49,372 bases of DNA from Octopus sinensis (taxonomy: Eukaryota), in the NCBI RefSeq assembly GCF_006345805.1, contig NW_021834393.1:1-49372 (forward strand), in the 5' to 3' direction. The notes beneath the pieces were generated by a model. The model had not been told where the DNA came from. It made no database searches and saw nothing but the letters and a program-made list of their open reading frames with translations. Shown here in pieces: positions 13,626-27,186 of the stretch. The position numbers and the translations under genes were made by a program. Numbering within the stretch: the stretch's first letter is position 1; each line of letters opens with the position of its first letter.

Positions 13626-13932
13626 GGAGGCGCAATGGCCCAGTGGTTAGGGAAGCGGACTCGAGGTCGGAGGAGGATCGCGGTTTCGATTCCCAAACTG
13701 GGTGTTGTGTGTGTTTATTGAGCGAAAACACCTAAAAGCTCCACGAGGTTCCGGCAGGGGGTGGTGGCGACCCCTGTTGTACTCTTTCGCCCCAACTTTC
13801 TCTCTCTTTTTCTTCCTGTTTCTTGAGTAACGCTGCGATGGACTGGCGACCCGTCCAGCTGGGGGGAACACATATGCCATAGAAACCGGGAAACCGGGCC
13901 AATGAGCCTGGCTAGGCTTGAAAAGGGAGCAT
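13626..13932 (+). mobile_element. SINE family C2 (V-domain-like 3' module)
   Basis: Family C head; CTGCGATGGACTGGCGACCCGTCCAG..GAAACCGGGAAACCGGGCC. Confidence 0.85.
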
Positions 13933-14189
13933 AAATAAAATAAATAAATAAATAATCCATCAACATAGGACCAGTGAACAGAAAAAATACGATGCAGTAG
14001 ACTAGTGTATTCTCTATTAGAAAAGGTAGAGATGATCAAAAACATATGTGACCAGTACTGGATTAACCATTAAGCAAGATAAGCATGTACTTAGGGCAAG
14101 ATAAGCATGTACTTAGGGCACCAAGGGTAGGGATCACCGCAGAAATGATAAATGGTTTACGGCAGAAATTAAATCAATTTAAACTTACT

Positions 14190-14384
14190 ATTTTTACTTG
14201 TTTCAGTCATTTGACTATGGCCATGCCGGAGCACCGCCTTTAGTCGAGCAAACTGACCCCCTTTGTAAGCCTAGTACTTATTCTATCGGTCTCTTTTGCC
14301 AAACTGCTAAGTTACGGGGACGTAAACACACCACCATCGGTTGTCAAGCGATGTTGGGGGGAACAAACACAGGTACACAAACCT

Positions 14385-14440
<56 letters not shown>

Positions 14441-14602
14441 GACAGGCTTCTTTCAGTTTCCGTCCCCCAAATCCACTCACAAGGCTTTGGTCGGCCCGAG
14501 ACTATAGAAGAAGATACTTGCCCAAGGTGCCATGCAGTGGGACTGAACCCAGAACCATGTGGTTGGTAAGCAAGCTACTTACCACAGAGCCACTCCTGCG
14601 CC
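14190..14602 (-). mobile_element. SINE family A, full length
   Basis: Complete match to family A. Confidence 0.9.
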
Positions 14603-14845
14603 TGTTTGTTAAAATAATGTTTGAAGTTGTTTATATGATTGGAGGTATAATTATGAAGTGTTCAAGATGTCACGGTGAGGATTTCATCAAATACTTTGCA
14701 ATTAAAAAATAAGTAGGGGAAAACTTTTTTAAATATAAATAAAGCGGAGATCTGCAAAAATAAACATTATTTTCCATCTTACTGTTAGTTTCATTTTGAA
14801 AAATAAAAATAGATATTATGGTTTATTATTGTTCATATTTTGGAA

Positions 14846-15035
14846 GGCGGTGAGCTGGCAGAAACGTTAGCACGCCGGGCGAAATGCGTAGCCGTCTGTT
14901 GTTACATTCTGAGTTCAAATTCCGCCGAGGTCGACTTTGCCTTTCAATAAATAAATTACCAGTTTTGCACTGGGATCGATGTAATCGACTTAATCCCTTT
15001 GTCTGTCCATGTTTGTCCCCTCTATGTTTATCCCC
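14846..15035 (+). mobile_element. SINE family B, monomer fragment
   Basis: Family B head and central domain. Confidence 0.8.
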
Positions 15036-15842
15036 CGCACTGTGACCGATCTTTTCGAGCAAGAATTGGTCTTATCAGTCACCTGCGGACTCAACAATAA
15101 ATTTGCGCGAAGACCATCATCCTCGACCTTGAGGGAGTGCCATAGTATAGTAGTGTGGGCAATAAAGAAATAATTATAGAGACACCAAAATTATTGTTCA
15201 TATCTTGATATGCATAGGAACTCCAAAAACTTGTAAGCTTCTATGGGTCTTAAACCGGCCCTGTGTGTGACCGTGTAAGCGTCGCTACCATTGGGCCGCG
15301 AGTGCGGCGTCAAGGAACTTACCATTCACTTCATTTACAAAGTGCTTAAAGTTGATTAATTCATCACAGATTTTTAATAATTTCTTTTGCTTATTTGTTT
15401 CCCCAATCAAATAATAAACGATGATAGATGTATACATTTTCTATTTCCGTCTATGTAGTGAACATTACTAACAAACTAATCGTTGGAATTGAGATATTTC
15501 TTTTTTCTTATTAATCAGACGCTATGTTTAATATTTTTACGTACGTACAAATTCTTAAGTACACAAGAATAAACATAGCGACATATGACAAAATGTGTTT
15601 TCAAACTCGTATTTTATTTGGATTCTTGTGTAAACTTGGTGAGAAACCTCTTATACATAAATAAAAGATATGTATGTTATCTTTTTCTTTTCTTTTTTTT
15701 TTTTGTATCTGAACAAATTTTTAATCTCATCAAAGAGTTTTAAAAATATCAACTGCATAAAATCCTCCTCCGCATATCAGAACAGCCATCTTAAGCGTAT
15801 TTATAAAAACATAGGTAAACACGCACGCACAGACTCACTCAG

Positions 15843-15881
<39 letters not shown>

Positions 15882-16016
15882 CGCGCGCGCACGCACACAC
15901 ATACCATACCTATATATACATGTCTATATATATATATAGATAGATAGATATATACACACAAAACACGCACACATTCATACATACATAATATATACATACA
16001 TACATATATATAATAC

Positions 16017-16062
<46 letters not shown>

Positions 16063-16100
16063 ATATATTATATATATACATAGATATATATATATATATA

Positions 16101-16240
16101 ATATGTTACGTTACTCAATAGTCAAAATAAAACTCAGAGTTTTATCTTGACTATTGAGTAATGTAACATATTATTTTATAGATAAATTTCCTCTATTTAC
16201 AATATTGAGGTCTCTTTCTTTCTTTTGTTATCTCACCGTT
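16101..16240. repeat. Fold-back of family P1 centred on AAACTC-A-GAGTTT
   Basis: Inverted arms 16101-16135 and 16137-16171, then sense P1 sequence. Confidence 0.7.
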
Positions 16241-16248
16241 TTTACCAA

Positions 16249-16285
<37 letters not shown>

Positions 16286-16429
16286 TATATATATATATAT
16301 ATATATATATACCCTTATACATATATATATATATATATAAAACTGTTACATGTATCTACGTATGTATGTATGTATGTATGTATGTATGTATGTATGTATG
16401 TATGTATGTATGTATGTATGTATGTGAAG

Positions 16430-17015
16430 ATTTGTCTGCTTTATGTATGTATTTTGATGCATATAGTTGCATATCTAGATATGCTCATATTTATTTAAAT
16501 GATAAACTTCTGAAAAGCTTTGAAGATTCTTTCAGTTCCAGTGATATATTGGATCTATAGTCTTCGGATTAGCTTTCGCCTTTCTGGTTTTGAGAAGCAT
16601 AATTTCTCAAGATTAATATTTAGGCAGTGTGATGCATATCCCAGGGCCCCAATAAATACAGGTATAAACCTGAATTTGTAATCTGGATTGAGTAACTGCA
16701 GATTTCTCAATAGCTCGGCATAGGTGTTCTCTTGTTCACTGATCTTCAGCTTTATGTCAACATCCGCTGGGCAGCTAATTTCCACAACAGTGCACAGTTT
16801 CTCTCCTCTATCCCAAATCATTATATCAGGTCTGTTATGCTTACATTTTATTGAGGTCTTCGCTGGTACATTCCACCAGTATTCCTTTTTATTACGTGTG
16901 TCTATGGCTTCTACCATACTGTGGGTTCTTATTTCTTTGTCTTTGGGATTATCCTTCCGACGGATTTTATTGTAGAGTATCCTAGCTACAGCGTCATGTC
17001 CCATCGGTAGATAGT
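16430..17015 (-). mobile_element. R4/Dong-clade non-LTR retrotransposon, 5'-truncated 3' end (restriction-like endonuclease)
   Basis: GHDAVARILY..WWNV..KHNRPDIMIWD..VEISCPAD..K..Y..L..FIPVFIGALG; one premature stop; (TATG)n on both sides. Confidence 0.9.
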
Positions 17016-17395
17016 ACCATGATGACATTATGTATGTACGTATGTATGTATCCATGTATTATGTTTGTAGGTATGTATGCATGTATGTGGAGACCAATTA
17101 CAAGTAGCACATGAATTATATAAGAGATATTGCAAAAGATTTATTTACACTTTTGTTACAGCATGCTTAAGTATACAAAAAAAAAAACAATTGAAAATGG
17201 TCCAGGAAACGAAATCACAACCTTACTATCACGGGTTCAGCAACCTAACCACTAAACCAATCATCTCCATTTACATCTCACTCTCTCTCTCTCTCTCTCT
17301 TTCTTTCTCTCTCTCTCTCTTAATAATATATATATATATATATATATAATATAATATTAGATATATAATATAAGATAATATCTGTAAATATAATT

Positions 17396-17560
17396 TGACA
17401 ATTATTCGGTAGGCATGATAAAACTCCGAGTTTCGGATGTCGGAGTTTTATCATGGCTGCCGAATAATTGTCACATGTTATATTTACGGATAAATTCCTC
17501 TACATGATATCGAGGTCTCTTGCATTCTTTTGTTGTCTTGCCATTTCTATCAATAATATA
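17396..17560. repeat. Fold-back of family P1 (34-bp arms, 17396-17473) plus sense continuation
   Basis: TGACAATTATTCGGTAGGCATGATAAAACTCCGA / TCGGAGTTTTATCATGGCTGCCGAATAATTGTCA. Confidence 0.8.
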
Positions 17561-17644
17561 ACATATATATATAATTTGTAGTACTTGGTTCTAGTCGAAA
17601 AATCGAGCACCGGCATTGTTTAAAGTAGAAGACGATATATATGG

Positions 17645-17672
<28 letters not shown>

Positions 17673-17677
<5 letters not shown>

Positions 17678-18085
17678 TGCAGGAGTAGCTGTGTGATAAG
17701 TAGCTTGCTTACCAACCACATGGTTCTGGGTTCACTCCCACTGCATGGCACCTTGGGTAAGTGTCTTCTACTATAGCCTCGAGCCGACCAAAGCCTTGTG
17801 AGTGGATTTGGTAGATGGAAACTCAAAGAAGCCCGTCGTATATATGTATATATATGTGTGTATGTGTGTGTGTGTGTGTATGTTTGTGTGTCTGTGTTTG
17901 TTTCCCTAACATTGCTTGACAATGTTTATATCCCCGTCACTTGGCGGTTCGGCGAAAGAGACCGATAGAATAAGTACTGGTCTTACAAAGAGTAGGTCCC
18001 GGGGTCGATTTGCTCGACTAAAGGCGGTGCTCCAGCATGCCTGCAGTCAAATGACTGAAACAAGTAAAAGAGAGTAAAAGAGAAT
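17673..18085 (+). mobile_element. SINE family A, full length
   Basis: Complete match. Confidence 0.9.
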
Positions 18086-18949
18086 AAATATATACACGCA
18101 CGCTCACACACACAATCACACACACACTTGGATATGCATATACACGCATATACATAAATATACATTAAGTATTAGCGATGGACGACGCAGTATTAATACA
18201 TACACACACACACTCATTAAGATGAGTGTGTGAACAAGAGAAACAACATATTCAATTGAAGTTTTAATTAGGTGGTCACAGCTACACGTTATTTTAAGTT
18301 TCATGGGTACAACACGCCCCACATCATCGTGTCAAAGGGAAGACAATTTACTACACCAAGTCAGGTAACTTGAACGAAATTTTAAAATGGCTTTTCGGTG
18401 GGGAAAATTAACCCTTCCCTCCATTGGTCAGTTCAGATCACGTGGTTGCTTCGGTTGGCTGTCTTATGAAATGCTCCAGTTGGCAAGACGAAGTTACAGC
18501 AGCAAAAGTTAAGACACGTGGCGACCTACAACGTGATAATCGTATGTAATGAAAGAACTGCTGTCGCTAGTTCGCTGAAGCGCTTCCATGAGTTGACCTG
18601 GCCAATAGCGACCTAAATAGACCATAAAGAAGCCATTTAAAAAATACTTTTAAATGTCTCCACACCCTAACTAATAATGTAAACGCGTTTTATGCCCAAG
18701 AAAGTTTGAAATTTTATGTAGTGCGAAGGTGTGTCAACCTCTCTCACTCTGTATATACATACATACATATATTATATATATATATATATAAAGAGACAGA
18801 GAGAAAGTGTGTGAAAGAGAGAGAAAGAAAGAGAAAAATACGCACACACATATACACATACAGACACACACACACACACATATGTATATAGGAAAAAGAT
18901 GAAGCCAGAACTTCTTAGACACTGGCCAACTACCTTCAGTGTCGGTTTC

Positions 18950-19520
18950 AAATTTTAGAACAAGGCCAGCAGTTTCGATTACATCGACCCCAGTGCTCAA
19001 CTGGTACTTATTTCATCGACCTCCGAAATGGTGAAGGGCAAAGTTGACATCGACGGAATTTGAACTCCGAACGTAAAGACGAGCAAAATGCCGCCAAGAA
19101 TTTTATTTATTTCTTTATTGCCCTCAAAGGGCTAAACATAGAGGGGACAAACAAGGACAGACAAAGAGATTAAGTCGATTGCATCGACCCCAGAGCGTAA
19201 CTGGTACTTAATTTATCGACCCCGAAAGGATGAAAGGCAAAGTCGGCCTCGACGGAATTTGAATTCAGAACGTAACGGCAGACAAAATACTTATTTATTT
19301 ACTACCCACAAGGGGCTAAACACAGAAGGGACAAACAAAGATAGGCAAACTGGTTAAGTCGATTATATCGATCCCAGTGTGTAACTGGTGCTTATTTAAT
19401 CGACCCCGAAAGGATGAAAGGCAAAGTCAACCTCAGTGGAATTTGAACTCAGAGTGTAGCGGCAGACGAAATACCGCTAAGCATTTCACCCGGCGTGCTA
19501 ACATTTGTGCCAGCTCGCCT
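18950..19520 (-). mobile_element. Multimeric SINE family B cluster
   Basis: Three iterations of the central domain with linker modules; head at 19520. Confidence 0.8.
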
Positions 19521-19542
19521 TATATACATACATATATATATA

Positions 19543-19621
<79 letters not shown>

Positions 19622-19741
19622 ATATATTAATATATATATATATATGTATACACATACAATATATACATACATATATATATACATATATACATACATACAT
19701 ACATACATACATACACACATGCATATACATGTGTGCGTGTG

Positions 19742-19772
<31 letters not shown>

Positions 19773-20497
19773 ACTACCGTGCACAAAATAATAAGTTAAA
19801 ACCTCACTATGATCAATTTTCCTTTACGTACTTTTGGGATTCATGAAACATTGGATAATTTTCTTCATAAATTTTTTTTTGCACTATTCCTCCTCTGTAT
19901 TTGAGTTTCCTTTTATAAATGAGCAATATCGACAACACTATAAACGACATATTATATTATTGACCATAAACAGTTGACATCTTAGATAAATGTATACTTC
20001 AGAAAAAAAAACAACAACATTTTCTGGAAATTTCTCCCATTGAAAACATCAGTAGTCCAATAATAATTTCGTTAGCTTTTGATTTTGTGGAGGAAGATTA
20101 TATTTGTATGGACATTAACTAGTGCTTCTTCGTATATAACTTCAGAATTATACAAGAAATTCTACATTTCCAACTGTCTTGCATTCCACTCCTACTCACA
20201 TTGATTCCATATCATTCTGGTAGGCTGTCTTGTTAAAAGTGGCAGATGAGTGACAATATATTCACTCCAGTTAAAGAGTTTTATTTATATCACTTCATAC
20301 TAACTCGGATGTCTCTGCTATTGATTGATTTCTTATCACTGATGCAGCATAATAGTACATTTCTATAGAATATGTCTTTGTCAGTATATTTTGGTAGAGT
20401 TAGATATATAACGAGAAAATATAATTTTCTCGTTATCTATGGCAATGTTTATTGTAATATATTATCAAACAAACTTTTGTAACTTAACAGCACAGGT

Positions 20498-20715
20498 CCC
20501 TTTCGTTACCAACTCGGTTGAAACCAGATCTGGCTCTGTTGTACAAATGTCTTGTTTTCATAGGTTTTGAATTAAAATCTTCCACCAAACCTTAGTCACA
20601 ATTTATGTTCCTAACACTAGCTGAATGATAACTAAGTTATTTTACTAAATTCTTTGTTATATCTAAAGTAATTGAAAGAAATACAGATCTCAAAATAAAT
20701 ACAGTAACGAAAGGG
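20498..20715. mobile_element. piggyBac-like MITE
   Basis: TIRs CCCTTTCGTTAC / GTAACGAAAGGG; right end flanked by TTAA, left TTAA not adjacent. Confidence 0.6.
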
Positions 20716-20870
20716 TTAATGGCGTCTTTATTTCATTTGTGTTATTAGAAAAAGATTTGTCATATTCTCTTTCTTTTTTGAATAATTTTTTAATAATTCT
20801 TTTATGTTCTATTTTAAATTCATAATCTCTTAGCATCATATACAGTATAAATACTCTCACACACACATAA

Positions 20871-21019
20871 TATGGTTCAGGGCTCAGTCCCACTGTGCGG
20901 CATTGTGGGCAGGTGTCTTCTACTAAAGCTTCGAGCTGACCAAAACTTTGTGAGTGAATTTAGTAGACAGACAGTGAATGGAAGCCTGTCGTATACGTGT
21001 ATATGTATGTATGAACGTA

Positions 21020-21068
<49 letters not shown>

Positions 21069-21290
21069 ATATGTGTGTGTCTTTCTGTCAGTCTTTTGTC
21101 CTCCACTTCAATGTGGCAACCGGTGTTGGTGTGTTTACGTTTCGGTATCATAGCGTTTCGGCAAAAGAACTGATAGAATAAGTATTAGGCTTTTAAAAAA
21201 AACTGAAAACAACAGGGCTGGCGTTGATTCGTTCCACAAAAACTTCTTCATGGCGGTATCCCAGCATACGTACAGTCTAATGACAGATGC
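20871..21290 (+). mobile_element. Diverged SINE family A, 5'-truncated
   Basis: B box region through tail, many mismatches. Confidence 0.75.
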
Positions 21291-21304
21291 AGATGTGCGC
21301 GTGT

Positions 21305-21336
<32 letters not shown>

Positions 21337-21703
21337 GCAATGGAAGGGATCATTCAACGCTGAAAAGAAAAATCAAACAGCGCTTCAACTCTATGTGAGT
21401 ATATGTGTGCATGTGTGTGCGTGTACAAGGGAATTATGTGAATGTATGCATCTGTGATTATTATGTACCCTATTTATATATAAATTACAACAATTAGCCG
21501 TCATTTTTCACACATCGGAGCCAGCTAGTTAAATAAATATTAAATACAGTATTAATTTACGTCGCCTGGCAAGACAGCAATAACGTTCACACTATACTGT
21601 AGTGTTAGTTCCGGGTTGTGTCGATTGATTACGTTCGTATTTGTATCCGGGAAATAAATAAAACAGCAATAGAAACATATAATCTGTATCGCATATGAAA
21701 ATT

Positions 21704-21869
21704 GTGGCTGTGTGATAAGTAGCTTACTTACGAACCACATTGTTCCGGGTTCAGTCCCACTTCGTGGCACCTTGGGCGAGTGTCTTCTACTATAGCCTCG
21801 GGCCGACCAAAGCCTTGTGAGTGGATTTGGTAGACGGAAACTGAAAGAATCCCGTCGTATATATGTATG

Positions 21870-21919
<50 letters not shown>

Positions 21920-22192
21920 TGTGTGTCTGTGTGTGTCTGTGTGTCTGTGTGTGTCTGTGTGTGTGTGTGTGTGTGTGTATTTGTATGTCTGAGTTTGTCC
22001 TCCCAACATCGCTTGACAACTGATGCTGGTGTGTTTACGTCCCCGTAACTTAGCGGTTCGGCAAAAGAGGCCGATAGAATAAGTACTAGGCTTACAAAGA
22101 TTAAGTCCTGGGGTCGATTTGCTCGACTAAAAGGCGGTGCTCCAGCGTGGCCACAGTCAAATGACTGAAACCAGTAAAAGAGTAAAGAGAGT
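21704..22192 (+). mobile_element. SINE family A
   Basis: Complete match with an expanded internal (GT)n. Confidence 0.9.
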
Positions 22193-22194
22193 AA

Positions 22195-22375
22195 GCCGGG
22201 CGAAATGCTTAGCGGTATTCGTCTTTATGTTCTGAATTCAAATTCTGCCGAGATCGACTTTACCTTTTATCTTTTCGGGGTCGATAAATTAAGTACTAGT
22301 TGCGTACTGGGGTCGATCTAATCAACTGGCTCCCTCCCCCAAAATGTCGGAGCTTGTGCTTAGAGTAGAAAAGAA
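22195..22375 (+). mobile_element. SINE family B, 5'-clipped, abutting the tail of the family A copy
   Basis: GCCGGGCGAAATGCTTAGCGG follows the AAAGAGAGTAA tail directly. Confidence 0.8.
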
Positions 22376-22940
22376 TATAAAAGTAGTCTAGGCTTGCCTA
22401 ACAATTTATCGAATTCGTAGGCTAACATGAAAACAACCTAGGCTAGCCTAGGTTTTAATTATTACATTTATATACATTTAAATAATGGTTATTTCGACTT
22501 AAGTCGTGTCATCTGGAACCAATTAACGATGTAGGGTAATGTATGATTGTATTTATAAAAAGAATAAGTGACCGAGATCACAATATTCTCATGAACAGAA
22601 AGCTGGCCCCTTGCAAGTCTGGAGGCCAGCAACTTTGAGAGGAGAGGAAAATGTTTTACTTTGATCCCAGTGCTTGACTGATACTGTATTTTATCGACCG
22701 CGAAGCGATGGAAAGTAAAGTTGACCTCAGCGGGGTTTAAACTCTGTTCGAAAACAGCCAAAAGAAAATGTCGCTATGCATTTTGTCCGACATGATAATG
22801 ATTCTTCCAGTTCGTCAGGGTAAATTGCTACTTAAAAATTTGCTGCAGAACACCTAATTAGACAAGTTTCACTTAGAAATCGCTAAGCTCTCGGTGAAAT
22901 CACAACGTATTTTCTATTTTGATCCTCACTTGAAAATATT

Positions 22941-23315
22941 CTTTTCTACAATAGGAACAAGGCCCGAAATTCTGAGAGAGGGAAACAGTCGATAAGGTTG
23001 ACCCCAGTACGCAGCTAGTACTTAATTTATCGACCTCGGCGGAAATTGAACTCAGAACATAAAGACAGATGAAATACCTATTTCTTTACTACTCACAAGG
23101 GGCTAAACACAGAGGGGACAAACAGGGACAGACAAACGGATTAAGTCGATTACATCGACCCCAGTGCGTAACTGGTACTTAATTTATCGATCCCGAAAGG
23201 ATGAAAGGCAAAGTCGACCTCGGCGGAATTTGAACTCAGACCGTAACGGCAGATGAAGTACCGCTAAGCATTTCGCCCGGTGTGCTAACGTTTCTGCCAG
23301 CTCATTGCCTTCCCT
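22941..23315 (-). mobile_element. SINE family B dimer with a 13-bp target-site duplication
   Basis: ACTTGAAAATATT at 22928-22940 and 23316-23328. Confidence 0.85.
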
Positions 23316-24466
23316 ACTTGAAAATATTGGCTACTTTTACCCTCATTCTTTTACTCATTTACACCAACTCGTTCCACCAATATGTGTTTTGCCTAATAAA
23401 AGCATAATTAATGCTTAAGTCGATTTACTCAAATCTACTATAATAATACTCTTGTGTATTTCTCTGTCACAACATGAATGAGAAAGGAAGGGGTGATAGA
23501 TGAATAAGGAAGGAAGGAAGGAAGGAAGGGAGGGATGATGACAAACTTGGTAGTAGGATGATGGAAGTTCTACGGTGAAAAAAAATCAAACAGCCTTTCA
23601 ACTCTACATGAGTATATGTGTGTGTATGTAAAAGGGAGTCATGTGCATGTGTGTGTGTGTGTGTGTGCAGTGGAAGTAGGATGGTGGACATTCAACGCTG
23701 AAAAGAAAAATCAAACAGCTTTTCAATTCTGTGTGAGTATATATGTGTGTGTGCGTGTACAGGGGAATTATGTGAATGTTTATATCTGTGATTATTATGT
23801 ACCTTATTTTGTACCTTATTTATATATAAAATACTACTATCAGCCGCCATTTTTGACGGCACGGGCACGGTAATTAATTTTATATTTAATTAAAGTCGTA
23901 ACATATATCAATTGCATTTTAAGTGATTCCTTTCCATAGTGATTAAATGGCGACAAATTCAATTTTACCAATCATCGTCTCTGTATCAAAAGCATCTACC
24001 AGTAATATACTGTGGTTGGTTTAAATTATCACACTTTCTCCTAAAATAATGGCATTATTCCATCGATCATCAGATCTGAGTTTTTTTGAAAAACATTGGA
24101 AAACGTGTTGGTTGTTGAGAAATAATCAATATATTCTTTTTTTTTTTTGAGACAAAATTGTTTGTCAAATAACAAAATCGAATATTTTATATATTAAAAT
24201 ATTTCGCGTTTTATAGCTGGATATCAGAAATTTTAAATCACTTGTCGTTGTAGAATTTACTATTAGAAAAATCAAGTAATTTTTTTTTTTTTTAAATTCT
24301 CCGAACTTTGAAACGACTAACTACGAAAGAACAAAGAAATAAAAGTTTGTCAAGCGTTGTAGTATACAGAACGAGAGTGAAAAGGAAAAAGGGAAGAAAA
24401 TCGGAAAAGAAGAGATGTATGAAATGAAATGGAAAGAGAGAGGGGGGAAGAAGGAGAGAAATAGAA

Positions 24467-24509
<43 letters not shown>

Positions 24510-24635
24510 GAAACAACATGAAAAAATTCACTCATAATATATTCAAAGATAAATTAGTTGGCAGATGTTTCTAAGTCTAATGACAATAAGTCAAGATTTT
24601 TAATGAATATACATATATATATATATATATATATA

Positions 24636-24687
<52 letters not shown>

Positions 24688-24798
24688 TAGACATATATAC
24701 ATATATATATATATATATATACATATATATTATATATATATATATACATATTTATATATATATACATATATATACATATATATTATATATATATATAT

Positions 24799-24853
<55 letters not shown>

Positions 24854-25252
24854 TAGACATATATACATATATATTATATATATATATACATATATATTAT
24901 ATATATATATATACATATTTATATATATATACATATATATACATATATATATATATATAATATATATATATAATATATATATATACATATATATATATAT
25001 GGATGGATGGATAGATGCATGCATGCAAGAATGTATATATATAGTATGTGTGTGTGTGTGTGTGTGTGTTTGTGTGTGGTTTTGTAAATTGAGAATTTGT
25101 ACTTAATATACACATCATTAGTTCTCCATAAACATGCACGTAAAAATTTGGATATTTCTCAATGTCTGTCCTGTCTTTATCTGGGTTTCTTCTTGCCTGT
25201 CACTCTCTCTTTCTACCTCTCTTTCTCAGTGCACACACACACATATATGTAC

Positions 25253-25289
<37 letters not shown>

Positions 25290-25374
25290 CATATATATAT
25301 ACATACACACATGTATATGTATACATATATATGCCAATATATATATACAGAGATTGAGGTAGATAATTATATGA

Positions 25375-25462
25375 CTAGATAGATAGATAGAGAGAGAGAG
25401 AGAGGTAGATACACAGACAGACAGATAGAGAGACAGACAGACAGACATGCAGACAGACAGAC

Positions 25463-25548
<86 letters not shown>
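25375..25548. repeat. (GATA)n/(GACA)n microsatellite
   Basis: Direct reading. Confidence 0.9.
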
Positions 25549-25550
<2 letters not shown>

Positions 25551-25749
25551 TCTGTACTGTCTGCTCTGCGTCTAAACACGATATCTTTCCTATTTCACTC
25601 TTTTCCAGTCAACTGCCCAAATTAACGACAGACATCAGAGTGACGAAAGCAAATTCCATTAGAAATCAAATATCAAAAGAGAGCAGAAAACAAGATTTCA
25701 CGTCTTATAACAATGTCATTATCACCATCATGGGGCAATGGTGGTGGGG

Positions 25750-25959
25750 ATAACGATGATGATGATGATGATGGCATTGATGATGATGGCATGGATGATG
25801 ATGATGATGATGATGATAATGGTCGGTGGTGGTAGTGGTGGTTGAGGTAGTATTGATAGTGATGCAAAAGATGATGATGATGATGATTATAATGATGATG
25901 ATGACGATGATGATGATGATGAAGAAGACGACGACGACGACGACGAAGACGACGACGAC

Positions 25960-26007
<48 letters not shown>

Positions 26008-26176
26008 TATGATGATGATGACGATGATGATGATGATGATGAAGATGATGATGATGACGACGATGATGATGATGATGAGAGGGTGAAGGAGGAATGGCGA
26101 GAAAGAGAAGAATAGGAGAAGAGGGAGAGGGAGCGGAAAAATGTGATGGATGAGAGTAACGATGGTAATACTGCTC

Positions 26177-26225
<49 letters not shown>

Positions 26226-26262
26226 CGATGATGATGATGATGATGATGATGGACGATGTGAC

Positions 26263-26303
<41 letters not shown>

Positions 26304-26304
26304 C

Positions 26305-26345
<41 letters not shown>

Positions 26346-26346
26346 C

Positions 26347-26378
<32 letters not shown>

Positions 26379-26416
26379 CGATGATGATGATGATTGACGA
26401 TGACGATGATGATGAC

Positions 26417-26454
<38 letters not shown>

Positions 26455-26512
26455 CGATGATGATGATGATGATGATGACGATGATGATGATGATGTCGAT
26501 GATGATGATGAT

Positions 26513-26545
<33 letters not shown>

Positions 26546-26601
26546 GATGATTGATGATGATGTGATGATGATGGATGATGATGAATGATGATGATGATGA
26601 C

Positions 26602-26642
<41 letters not shown>

Positions 26643-26693
26643 CGATGATGATGATGATGATGACGATGACGATGATGATGACGATGATGATGT

Positions 26694-26730
<37 letters not shown>

Positions 26731-26805
26731 AATGATGACGAAGATGGTGGTGTTGACGATGTTGATGATAACGATGACCATGCTGATGACGATGATGGAT
26801 GATGA
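25750..26805. repeat. About 1-kb (GAT)n/(GAC)n array with a purine-rich spacer at about 26080-26175
   Basis: Direct reading; source of the poly-D, poly-M, poly-H and poly-S ORFs. Confidence 0.95.
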
Positions 26806-27186
26806 AAATGTTTGCCAAGGATTCAATCCCGCTCCCTTGCTCCCCCGTCACCCCCTATATCTCTCTCTCCCACCTTCTCTCTTTCTATACACACTCTCTC
26901 TCTGTCCACTCACTCTTTCCTTCTCCCCCATCTCTCTCTCTCTCTCTCCCCACCTCTTTCCTTCTTTTAGTTAAAACAGCTGCGTTAGTTTCCTTTAAAC
27001 GACACAGTTGCCAAGCAACAGGTACCATTTTTTGATCTCTGCCTTTTCTCCCTCTTATGATAGACATATGATAAGTTACTGCAACAACAGCCAAAATACC
27101 AATAAATATTATGGCTACTCATGTTTTCTAATCACATTGAGCAATAACTCAAATTATCCAACGAAATATCTTCTAGGTGGTCGTCC

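Noticed and set aside
15243-15310. tRNA-like A/B boxes on the minus strand
   Set aside because: No cloverleaf; at best a decayed SINE head
20409-20435. Small AT-rich hairpin AACGAGAAAAT/ATTTTCTCGTT
   Set aside because: Isolated and short; expected by chance in AT-rich DNA
25585-25720. Polypyrimidine tract plus CAG at 25608 as a splice acceptor
   Set aside because: Downstream frames are unrecognisable and run into the GAT array with no clear donor
25673-26974. Long ORFs (392 aa, 373 aa and others) rich in His, Ile, Asp or Met
   Set aside because: Products of the (GAT)n array, which lacks stops in several frames
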